Assembly: GCA_964373795.1 (NCBI GenBank)
Contig: CAYJVY010000002.1
Span: 84,207 to 116,206 of the forward strand
Direction: 5' to 3'
DNA length: 32,000 bases
From: an uncultured archaeon
Lineage (GTDB): Archaea; Iainarchaeota; Iainarchaeia; Iainarchaeales; DATDZZ01
Shown: positions 24,992 through 32,000 of the stretch, piece after piece
How positions within the stretch are numbered: the stretch's first letter is position 1
Layout: each line of letters begins with the position of its first letter
Translations under genes and position numbers: made by a program
The notes under the pieces: model-generated
Seen by the model: only the letters and a program-made list of their open reading frames with translations
Databases searched by the model: none
What the model was told of the DNA's origin: nothing

Positions 24992-25921
24992 ATGAAAAAT
25001 GTTCGAGTATTAGTTCCAAAAGGAAAGCTTTCATTTTATAAAGAAAAAGGCTTGCCAGTTGACGGAGCATTTAGTTTGAATATTTCTGAATTAAATGTAA
25101 CTGAATGGATGGCTTTATTTCAATTAACTTGGAGTGACCCAGAAGCAGTGTTAATTACAAGAGTAATTGAAAAACTGCAAGAAGAAAAAAAAACTGGATA
25201 CGGGTTTGAAGAAATAGTTAAAGAAATTAAAGCTGATTCAGAGTCACAGGATTTAACTAAAAAAGCTTTAGCTAACAGGTTTAAAGTAGCTGATTCTTGG
25301 GGGTTGTTTGAAAAATATGGTACTCCAATTAAAGAAATTGCTACTCCTGGAATGCTTTCAATAATTGATGTTTCATCGTATAGTCAATCAATTGGAACTG
25401 AAGGAACCAGAGACATTGTAGTTGCAATGCTTGGAAAAAAATTATTCGAAGAAAGAATGTTGTATAGAAAAGAAGAAGAAATTAATTTAATTAAAGGCAA
25501 GCAAAGAATTAGTGAAATGCCTATTGTTTGGATGTTAATAGATGAAGCGCATATGTTCATGCCAAAAGATAGGGAAAGCCTTGCATTAAAAGTGTTGCTT
25601 GAATGGGTTAGAGTAGGCCGTCAACCAGGATTAAGCTTGCTTTTAGCAACCCAGATTCCAAACAAATTACATCCAGATGCAATTTCTCAATGCGATTTAT
25701 TTATTTCTCATAGAATGACTGCTCAACCAGATATTCAAGCAGTTTCACAGTTAAGGCCAAGCTATTTACATCAAAACTTTGACAAATACTATGAAGAAAT
25801 GCCTAAAGAAAAAGGTTATGCATTAATTTTAGATGACAACACTGAAAGAATTTGGATGATTAGAATCAGGCCAAGGCTTACATGGGATGGAGGAAAAACA
25901 GCTTCAGTATTTAAAGAGTAA
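24992..25921 (+). CDS. HerA/DUF87-like ATPase, C-terminal part (Walker B and downstream motifs), in the same frame as 23321..24931.
   Basis: VWMLIDEAHMFMP is the Walker B motif; GRQPGLSLLLATQIPNKL and CDLFISHRM match HerA-family blocks. The frame is open from 24932, directly after the TAA at 24929-24931. GGAGGT at 24972-24977 lies 14 nt upstream of the ATG. Confidence 0.75.
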   Translation: MKNVRVLVPKGKLSFYKEKGLPVDGAFSLNISELNVTEWMALFQLTWSDPEAVLITRVIEKLQEEKKTGYGFEEIVKEIKADSESQDLTKKALANRFKVADSWGLFEKYGTPIKEIATPGMLSIIDVSSYSQSIGTEGTRDIVVAMLGKKLFEERMLYRKEEEINLIKGKQRISEMPIVWMLIDEAHMFMPKDRESLALKVLLEWVRVGRQPGLSLLLATQIPNKLHPDAISQCDLFISHRMTAQPDIQAVSQLRPSYLHQNFDKYYEEMPKEKGYALILDDNTERIWMIRIRPRLTWDGGKTASVFKE

Positions 25922-25997
25922 CTCTTATTATACTAGCCAGAATTTTAATTCGATATGTATAAAAATGACTTCAAGCATAATTTGTTAGGTGAATTAA

Positions 25998-26175
25998 AAT
26001 GGAAACTGTTTCAGTAAACAAACAAGCAATACAAGACTTAGTTAAGGTAAAAGAAGAATTTAATGCAATAGTTGAATCAATTGAATTAATGTCTAATAAA
26101 GATTTTATGAAATCTTACAATAAATCAAAGCAGCAAATAAAAAAAAGACAATTCGATGATTGGAATGACTTATAA
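25998..26175 (+). pseudogene. RelB-like antitoxin gene apparently disrupted by a 1-nt frameshift near 26100.
   Basis: Frame A runs from ATG 25998: METVSVNKQAIQDLVKVKEEFNAIVESIELMSNK, then GFYEILQ-stop at 26121-26123. Frame B reads KDFMKSYNKSKQQIKKRQFDDWNDL-stop at 26173-26175 and overlaps the relE start by 11 nt. The joined reading ...IELMSNKDFMKSYNKSKQQIKK...DWNDL fits archaeal RelB-type antitoxins. Confidence 0.45.
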
Positions 26176-26413
26176 AATTCTTCCAACTAAAGAGTTTTCA
26201 AAAGACTTTAAAAAGCTAGATAAATTCTTTCAAGAACAGATTAAGAAAAAAATTCAAGAAATAAGCATAGATCCTGAACGCTATAAACATCTTCAATACG
26301 AGTTAAAAGGAAGCTCTAGAATAAGGATTGGAAAACTAAGAATAATATTCTCTTACAACAAACAATTACAAGAACTATATTTAGAAAAAATTGTTTTTGA
26401 CCATAACTATTGA
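26165..26413 (+). CDS. relE: RelE/StbE-family toxin.
   Basis: MTYKILPTKEFSKDFKKLDKFFQEQIKKKIQEISIDPERYKHLQYELKGSSRIRIGKLRIIFSY matches the RelE pattern (y.i...f.kdlkkl...P...k.L...lkg..r.RiG.yRiiy). The ATG at 26165 is preferred over the track start at 26156. Confidence 0.85.
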   Translation: MTYKILPTKEFSKDFKKLDKFFQEQIKKKIQEISIDPERYKHLQYELKGSSRIRIGKLRIIFSYNKQLQELYLEKIVFDHNY

Positions 26414-26455
26414 AAAAAACAAAAAAATTAATAATATAAAAACACTAATTTTTTT

Positions 26456-27451
26456 ATGGCTAAAAAAATTCCAGTAGTAGCAGTAGTTGTTCCAACTACT
26501 GGAGAATTTCCTCAAATAACTGATGCAATTAGAAATGCAGGAAAAGCATTGAAAAGTAAAGGAGTTAAACCATTGTTTATAGTTTCATCCAATAAAAAGT
26601 TATCCGGGGAAAGAATTAAAGCAATTCAAGGCTTAGGAGAGGAAGTGAATTTCTTAGTTATTGAAAATGGAAGAATTGGAAATCAAATGATTGCAGGATT
26701 TGATTTTGCTGTAAACAAATCAGATGTAATTACAATGCTGCCAGATGATTTTGTTTTTGAAGCTCAAGGAATTTATTCAACTGTAAAACCTGTTTTAAAC
26801 GGAAGATATGAATTTGTTAATAGTTGCTGGCATTATAAAGATTCTAGATTTGCTAAAAGCTTTCCAGAACCTCAATACTTGAATGAAGTAACTGTTTCAA
26901 GGCTTGTAACCTTGGCAAATCCCGCTTTTCATCCACGAGATTTAAGATTAATGCCTGCACTAAGACAAGCAGAAAAAGAAGGAAAACTTTTTCAAACATA
27001 TACTGGATTGCTTTCACTTAAATCAAGTGAATGGAGTAAAGTAAAGCAAGCAATGCAAACAGTTTTACAAGGAAAAGAAGAAGAAATAAATGTATGGGCT
27101 TTTGAAATTGCTTTAATGCTTTCAGCTTTTCATGCTAGAAAAAAAGTTGGAGCAGTGCCAGCTAAAAGGCTTTTTGAACACGAATGGCCTTCAGAACAAT
27201 CAATTCAAGCATTAAGAGATAAAAGGCTTTTACAGTTTAGAGTTGCAACTGAAGTAATTAAAACTTTTTTAGAACGAACTAATCAAGCTCATAAAATTCC
27301 TTTACTTGAAGAAATTGTTCGACAAACAATTCGCAGGATTCAAAAAGCCTCTCATCACACTAAAGAAGAAGTATGGAAAAGATTAGAGAGAATGAGAAAA
27401 CAAAAAAAGTTTAGAAAACAATTTCCTAAAATAAGAAAAAAATTAAGATAA
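26456..27451 (+). CDS. GT-A-fold (family-2-like) glycosyltransferase-like protein with a strongly basic C-terminal tail.
   Basis: 331 aa. VVAVVVPTTGE, ENGRIGNQMIAGFDFA and MLPDDF (DxD-like) fit a GT-A layout. The tail is RMRKQKKFRKQFPKIRKKLR. The assignment rests on pattern only. Confidence 0.5.
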   Translation: MAKKIPVVAVVVPTTGEFPQITDAIRNAGKALKSKGVKPLFIVSSNKKLSGERIKAIQGLGEEVNFLVIENGRIGNQMIAGFDFAVNKSDVITMLPDDFVFEAQGIYSTVKPVLNGRYEFVNSCWHYKDSRFAKSFPEPQYLNEVTVSRLVTLANPAFHPRDLRLMPALRQAEKEGKLFQTYTGLLSLKSSEWSKVKQAMQTVLQGKEEEINVWAFEIALMLSAFHARKKVGAVPAKRLFEHEWPSEQSIQALRDKRLLQFRVATEVIKTFLERTNQAHKIPLLEEIVRQTIRRIQKASHHTKEEVWKRLERMRKQKKFRKQFPKIRKKLR

Positions 27452-27529
27452 ATTCAAAAAAAAACTAGACAACATGACATTTATGACAAGTAAAGTTTAT
27501 ATTTTTAAGAATAGTTATTTAGTGGTGTT

Positions 27530-28234
27530 ATGCCTGCTAGAATGAGACAACACGAAAAAATTCACAATTCTCAAGTAGTAATTGGTAGAAGACTTAAGGG
27601 AAATAAAGATCGACTATTAGATAGAGACAGATTAATAGTAAAAGTTGAAATGGAAGGCGCTAACAAAGGCAGATTAGGGGTTTATCTTAAAGAGGAAAAT
27701 AATCTTCACATTACTCATTATGCCGAGGGACCAGATAATTTTCATCTCAAACTTCCTGAACATCAGAGACTTGTTATTCCTAATGCAAGAACTTCTCCTG
27801 AAATGCAGGATGCAATCCATGTAACAAACATTGGGAAACCTCCAAAACATGTCCCTCCAAGAGTAATTTACGATATGTTGAAAGACATGTTTGCTATTGC
27901 AAACAACTTAAGGGCACAAAAAATAATACACACAAATCAATTTGAGTTTGATCCGATTCCTTTGCAAGGCAATTTTGACAACAGATTACTAGAAAATCGT
28001 CAACTAGTTGTTGAAATAACAAATGGAAAATATAAAGGTTATATAGGGGTTTATTCACACAATCGAAGGCACTTGGATATAACACATAAGCCAGTTAATG
28101 TTGAAGGCTTTCACGAAGTCAGCACAGGCCCTGGAGGGGCATTTGGTCCAGTAATTGGCGGAGACGAATTTGTTAACCCACTTCTTATAGGTGCTAGAAT
28201 AATCAAAAACATAAGGCCTTCATCGGCTCCATGA
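27530..28234 (+). CDS. Hypothetical protein with an internal domain duplication; no family recognised.
   Basis: 234 aa. Repeat 1 is DRLIVKVEMEGANKGRLGVYLKEENNLHITHYAEGPDNFH. Repeat 2 is RQLVVEITNGKYKGYIGVYSHNRRHLDITHKPVNVEGFH. The shared pattern is L.V...G..KG..GVY......L.ITH......FH. Confidence 0.6.
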   Translation: MPARMRQHEKIHNSQVVIGRRLKGNKDRLLDRDRLIVKVEMEGANKGRLGVYLKEENNLHITHYAEGPDNFHLKLPEHQRLVIPNARTSPEMQDAIHVTNIGKPPKHVPPRVIYDMLKDMFAIANNLRAQKIIHTNQFEFDPIPLQGNFDNRLLENRQLVVEITNGKYKGYIGVYSHNRRHLDITHKPVNVEGFHEVSTGPGGAFGPVIGGDEFVNPLLIGARIIKNIRPSSAP

Positions 28235-28262
28235 TTTTGAAATTTTTTTCTCAATAAAAAAA

Positions 28263-28790
28263 TTAAATTTCAAGTTCAATAAAATCTGCGTTTCCTAAAT
28301 TAATTCTTTTTTCTAAAATCATTTCCGTGACAAACCATATAGGCCCAGTATGAGTAACAATGCAAACGCTTTCAAATTCAAGGGAATTCAATAAATCAAT
28401 AAATTTTGAAAGCCTTTGAGTAAAAGATTCAATTGATTCTCCTCCTTCAACTGAGTAATTCCATTCCTTGATTTTTTCAACTATATCTGGATAATGTTTT
28501 TTAGCCCAATCCTTATTCATGCCAGTTAAAAACCCATATTTATTCATTTCCCTTAAATCATCTCTAAACTCTGAAGCCAGCTTTAATTCGTTTCCAATTA
28601 TTTCAGCTGTTTGTTTTGCTCTTTTCAAAGAAGAAGAAAAAATTTTTTGAATTCCTTTTTCACTTAATTTTTTAGCCAAAATTTTTGATTCATTTACTCC
28701 TGCAGAAGTTAATTCATCGTCCGCCCATCCACCAAAAGTGTTATTTAAGTCATCTAATGCTTGTCCATGCCTGCATAAAAAAATCTTCAT
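28263..28790 (-). CDS. Histidine phosphatase superfamily protein (phosphoglycerate-mutase-like / CobC-like).
   Basis: 175 aa. It has the N-terminal IFLCRHGQ (RHG motif) and a downstream VTHTGPI histidine motif. Confidence 0.8.
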   Translation of the reverse strand: MKIFLCRHGQALDDLNNTFGGWADDELTSAGVNESKILAKKLSEKGIQKIFSSSLKRAKQTAEIIGNELKLASEFRDDLREMNKYGFLTGMNKDWAKKHYPDIVEKIKEWNYSVEGGESIESFTQRLSKFIDLLNSLEFESVCIVTHTGPIWFVTEMILEKRINLGNADFIELEI

Positions 28791-28900
28791 TAAATCCCTT
28801 TAAACAGTTAAAAATTAATAAAAACATTGTCAACTGAACCATCTCACACAAGTAGCATGACATATCATCTTTAGATTGCTTCCAGTCTTGCCTGCTTTTG

Positions 28901-29084
28901 ACTCAGCTTCGCCGGCTGCGACGTCTCGTGCGTCGAGCACGAGGGGTCACGTGACCCTTCAGCTGCCGTCTCGCGCGGCAAGCGCAATGCCCATACGAAC
29001 ACTCAGCCTCGCCGGCTGAACGGCGCTTCAAGGGCTGAACCTTGCGCGGCTGAACGGCGCACGCTCGCCACGTGCTCGGCGAAG
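28901..29084. other. Non-coding GC-rich island (about 65% G+C) with internal repeats and multiple hairpins; candidate structured RNA or protein-binding element. Strand unknown.
   Basis: The 18-mer ACTCAGC(T/C)TCGCCGGCTG occurs at 28901 and 29001. The 14-bp palindrome GGGTCACGTGACCC is at 28944-28957, and a second CACGTG is at 29069-29074. The hairpin CTCGTGC-GTCGA-GCACGAG is at 28925-28943. Three hairpins carry the loop GCTGAA, at 29010-29025, 29029-29044 and 29043-29061. No start-containing ORF is present. Confidence 0.45.
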
Positions 29085-29783
29085 TTAGAATTCTTTTAGT
29101 TTTGCATCTAATAGTTTTCCTAAGCGATCAGTTTTTTTAATTAAATCAGGAGAAGACTTAATTGATAATTCTTTCAAGTTTTTGAATTCAATTCTTGTAT
29201 GAGGGGAATCAATTACAAATTCTTGAGGTTTTGCAGTTCTTAAAACATAGTGTAATACTTTTGAAAGCTTTGAAGTTGAAACCTTTAAATAACTGGGAGA
29301 AATTTTTTCTGTTCCAGTTTTTTCAGCTGTTTCTTTTAAGTCTAATACTCCAATCATTTTTGGGCCGAAAAAAACTTCTTTGGTTTTTTGGTCTTTTAAA
29401 ACTGCAATTAAAAAATCTAAAGCATTTTCTTCTTTTTGAAATACATAAGTTGCTTCAGTTCTAAAAGAATCTAAAAACAAGTCAGCTCTAAAACTTGGTT
29501 CTTCAAATCTTTTAATTGTTTTCTTTAAGTTACTTAAATTTGATTCAAGCACTTTAAAATTTGAAATAATGGATGAGTTAGAAATTTCTTTTTTAAAAGT
29601 GTTTGAAAGAGTTGGATGTGATTCAGTTAATTCTTCTAATAAAGAAGTTTTTTCTTGAATGTCTTTTAATGAATTACTTAACTCATTTAAATCATGCAAT
29701 AAAGAATTAGTTTTATATAATTTTTTTTCTAAATCAGTTAATGAATGAGTTAAAACTATTTGTTCTTTTTTCTTTTCCTCCAA
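29085..29783 (-). CDS. Hypothetical coiled-coil protein; TTG start.
   Basis: 232-aa ORF. GGGGGT lies 6 nt upstream of the TTG at 29783. The N-terminal half is Ser/Leu/Glu-rich and helical. No family recognised. Confidence 0.55.
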   Translation of the reverse strand: MEEKKKEQIVLTHSLTDLEKKLYKTNSLLHDLNELSNSLKDIQEKTSLLEELTESHPTLSNTFKKEISNSSIISNFKVLESNLSNLKKTIKRFEEPSFRADLFLDSFRTEATYVFQKEENALDFLIAVLKDQKTKEVFFGPKMIGVLDLKETAEKTGTEKISPSYLKVSTSKLSKVLHYVLRTAKPQEFVIDSPHTRIEFKNLKELSIKSSPDLIKKTDRLGKLLDAKLKEF

Positions 29784-29876
29784 AATACAACCCCCTTTAA
29801 CCCCATTATATTGTATCTTTTCTTTATAAAAATCTTTTCATTAACTAATCCTTAATAAAAGTGTTGAGCGAAAAAA

Positions 29877-30332
29877 ATGGATAAAGAAAAAAAATTGCTT
29901 TACTTAGTTGCGTTTGCATTTATTGTATTGCTTGTATTAAGTGTTTTACAATTAATTGGGCAAAGAGTTCCAAATGAATTCACTGAAGCATTTCTTGAAA
30001 GAAATTCCTTGCCTGAAAAAGTAAAAGCAGGAGAAGAATTTACTATTAACATGTTTTTAACAAACAATCAAATTCAAGACTTAAACTTTGAATTCTTTGT
30101 AGTAGAAGGAGAGCTAGCAAATGATGTAAATACATTAATAGTAAGAGAAACAGGCTTAATTAATGCAAACATTATTTTGAAAGGAAAAGAAAAAATCAAG
30201 AAAAAAGAAATGAAAAAGATTCCTTTAAAATTAAAAATAACTTCACCTGGAGAAAAAAAGGTTGAAGTAAAATTCAAGCATGAAAAAGAATATTACTTTC
30301 ATTCACTGTATTTTTGGACATTAGTTGAATGA
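29877..30332 (+). CDS. Membrane-anchored small protein with a probable beta-sandwich ectodomain, function unknown.
   Basis: 151-aa ORF with an N-terminal TM (LLYLVAFAFIVLLVLSVLQLI). Its 3' end overlaps the convergent gene by 34 nt. Confidence 0.5.
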   Translation: MDKEKKLLYLVAFAFIVLLVLSVLQLIGQRVPNEFTEAFLERNSLPEKVKAGEEFTINMFLTNNQIQDLNFEFFVVEGELANDVNTLIVRETGLINANIILKGKEKIKKKEMKKIPLKLKITSPGEKKVEVKFKHEKEYYFHSLYFWTLVE

Positions 30333-31774
30333 GTTTCTAAAACCCTTGTTTCAACATCTCCACATAAAATTCCGCCATAACCTATTACTCCAAAAAAACA
30401 ATTAGCATAATAATTCAAACTGTAAACTTTGTTGAATGCAGGAACAAATTTATAGTTTGGAGATCTAAAAGCATCGTCTTCAAAGTTTAAAATTAAAAAT
30501 TGTGCATTAGAGTCTTTTAAAAACATGTAATCGCTTGAATTTAAATCTTTTTTTTGCAAAAACTGTAATCCTTGCACTGAAAACTTGTCAGTGAAAGCCT
30601 CTAAAGGCAATCCAGTTAGAGTTTTATTTCCTAGATTAGAGTAAAGTCCTAAGCCTTCATTAAATGCTGGTTCAGCTAAAATCATTCCTTGAACGTTTTG
30701 AGATTCAAGCCAGTTAATTGCTCTTAAATCGTTTAAAGTGATTTTTGCAAAACTAGAAGTAAAATCAACATTTATTACAGAGAAAAATAAAAACAATCCA
30801 AAAAAAACAATTAATCCAAAAAAAACCCAGAACTTGTTAAACAATTCATTTTTTTTAAACAATACAAGCAATGAAACTATTCCTACACTTAAAAATTTTG
30901 GTTGCTCCCAAGGTCTAAGCAATCCACTTAAAAAAAAAGCAATTGAAGCAAAAAAAGAAATCAATGAAAAAATAAACCAATAAATTTGAGTTCTAGTGCG
31001 CAAATCAAATAAAGATAAAATTATTAGAGGCAAAACGAAAACAATGATTTGAAAAGCCATTACAGGCAAGTAATTAGAAAAATTAATTGCAACAAAGTCT
31101 GCTCCAGAAATTGTTCCAACTGCATTTAATTTAACTCCATTAAATACAAAAAGCCATACAAGTAATAGAACTGCAAAAAAGGGAATGAAGGTTTTCCAAA
31201 ACTTTTTTTCTTTAAAAAACGCAATTAAAAAAGGCAAGGAAAACATTATAAAAGCCAAGTAATTCCAAAACAAATTCAAGGAAAGCAAAAGAGAAGCAAT
31301 TCTCCATTTATCTTTTAAAGCTAAAACTAAGATTAATGGAAAAACAAAGAAAACAAAAACTTCAGGGCTTTGAGAAGCAGCAGAAATAATTGTAGGCAAA
31401 AAAGTAATTAACAGAGCTCCAACTAGTGATTCAAGTACTCCAACAAATCTTCTAAACAAGAGAAAAAAAGTAACAGCATTTAAGGAACTTAAAAAAGGCA
31501 AGAAAAATAATGCCAAAAGCCAAGAAGAAAAACCTGTAAAAACACTCATTGAAGCAATAATTGAATGATAGAAAGGAGGATAAGTATAAGGAATTAAAGG
31601 ATTATCTGGATCAAATTCAGGAATAAAACCTGTTACAGTAATGTTTTGTGCAAGTTTAATATGATAATTTGAATCATAATACAAAGGCATTTGAAACATT
31701 AAAATAGGAAGAAAGCGTAAAATAAGTGAAATAAAAAAAATCAATAACAAAATTAATTTTTCAGTTTTATTCAT
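30299..31774 (-). CDS. Polytopic membrane protein, GT-C-fold glycosyltransferase-like (ArnT/PMT/STT3-like N-terminal pattern).
   Basis: 491 aa with 10 or more TM segments. Its first-loop motif, LYYDSNYHIKLAQNI...YPPFYH, resembles the GT-C acidic-loop pattern. No WWDYG motif is seen, so I do not call it AglB. Confidence 0.5.
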   Translation of the reverse strand: MNKTEKLILLLIFFISLILRFLPILMFQMPLYYDSNYHIKLAQNITVTGFIPEFDPDNPLIPYTYPPFYHSIIASMSVFTGFSSWLLALFFLPFLSSLNAVTFFLLFRRFVGVLESLVGALLITFLPTIISAASQSPEVFVFFVFPLILVLALKDKWRIASLLLSLNLFWNYLAFIMFSLPFLIAFFKEKKFWKTFIPFFAVLLLVWLFVFNGVKLNAVGTISGADFVAINFSNYLPVMAFQIIVFVLPLIILSLFDLRTRTQIYWFIFSLISFFASIAFFLSGLLRPWEQPKFLSVGIVSLLVLFKKNELFNKFWVFFGLIVFFGLFLFFSVINVDFTSSFAKITLNDLRAINWLESQNVQGMILAEPAFNEGLGLYSNLGNKTLTGLPLEAFTDKFSVQGLQFLQKKDLNSSDYMFLKDSNAQFLILNFEDDAFRSPNYKFVPAFNKVYSLNYYANCFFGVIGYGGILCGDVETRVLETHSTNVQKYSE

Positions 31775-31897
31775 TCAATTCACTTAAGTCTTGATTCAAT
31801 AATTTAGAGAAGAAAAGAATTAAATACTTCATTCAACTGAAAAAAGCAAAGCAAAAAATATTTAAAGAAGCGTTACACATTTAATTACAGGGAAACC

Positions 31898-32000
31898 ATG
31901 AAATTACTGCATTTAATTTTGTTTGCATTGCTTTTAAGTTCAATTGTTTCAGCAAATGAAATCAATGCTCCAAAAGAGGTTTCAACGCAAGCTAATTGGA
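31898..32000 (+). CDS. 5' end of a secreted/exported protein (signal peptide); truncated by the window edge.
   Basis: The ATG at 31898 gives MKLLHLILFALLLSSIVSANEINAPKEV..., which is signal-peptide-like. Only 34 codons are visible. Confidence 0.4.
   Translation, partial: MKLLHLILFALLLSSIVSANEINAPKEVSTQANW

Noticed and set aside
28901-29084. GC-rich island read as protein-coding. This includes readthrough of the TAA at 29085-29087 and an Arg-rich open frame of about 60 codons on the minus strand.
   Set aside because: No frame has an ATG, GTG or TTG start with a ribosome-binding context. Long open frames are expected by chance in GC-rich sequence. The repeat and hairpin organisation fits a non-coding element better.
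28791-29084. Cobalamin or another known riboswitch upstream of the CobC-like histidine phosphatase. Also considered: SRP RNA, RNase P RNA, 5S rRNA, a split-tRNA half, and a C/D-box sRNA.
   Set aside because: I could not find a B12 box, GGAA/GNAR SRP loops, the RNase P GAGGAAAGUCC-type core, a canonical T-loop or D-loop, or C (RUGAUGA) and D (CUGA) boxes. A covariance-model search is still needed.
21552-30983. Track ORFs 21552..21737, 22888..23094, 23367..23573, 24888..25070, 27894..28085, 29195..29464, 30074..30277 and 30738..30983.
   Set aside because: Each is antisense inside a better-supported gene and has a low-complexity composition.
1-32000. CRISPR arrays, transposases, integrases, rRNA genes and prophage structural genes.
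   Set aside because: I saw no regularly spaced direct repeats with unique spacers and no DDE, serine or tyrosine recombinase motifs. The only repeat families are the A-tract array, the 32-bp duplicate and the GC-island repeats.

Overview
This is an AT-rich window (about 30% G+C by eye) that is gene-dense and looks archaeal, in the style of a small-genome DPANN-like lineage. The archaeal markers are Alba, deoxyhypusine synthase, a Sec61beta/SecG-type tail-anchored protein, an archaeal-type IleRS, a tRNA without encoded CCA, and an intein with a LAGLIDADG endonuclease. I found no rRNA, CRISPR array, transposase or integrase. Housekeeping genes are ileS, acyP, dys, albA, a CPA2 antiporter, an ABC-F ATPase, a NUDIX hydrolase and a histidine phosphatase. 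They are interleaved with accessory content. That content includes three toxin-antitoxin loci, a cluster of five small Cys-rich zinc-ribbon proteins, and a HerA-like ATPase whose P-loop carries an intein and whose frame is broken by one TAA. It also includes a giant protein (over 1495 aa, running off the left edge) with tandem cyclase, STAND ATPase and TPR domains. The main unexplained signal is a non-coding island of about 185 bp at roughly 65% G+C (28901-29084). It carries an 18-mer repeated exactly 100 bp apart, two CACGTG palindromes and three adjacent hairpins that share the hexaloop GCTGAA on different stems. The window also holds a tRNA-Ile with a genomically encoded UAU anticodon. All calls come from reading and hand-translating the sequence; no database search was run.
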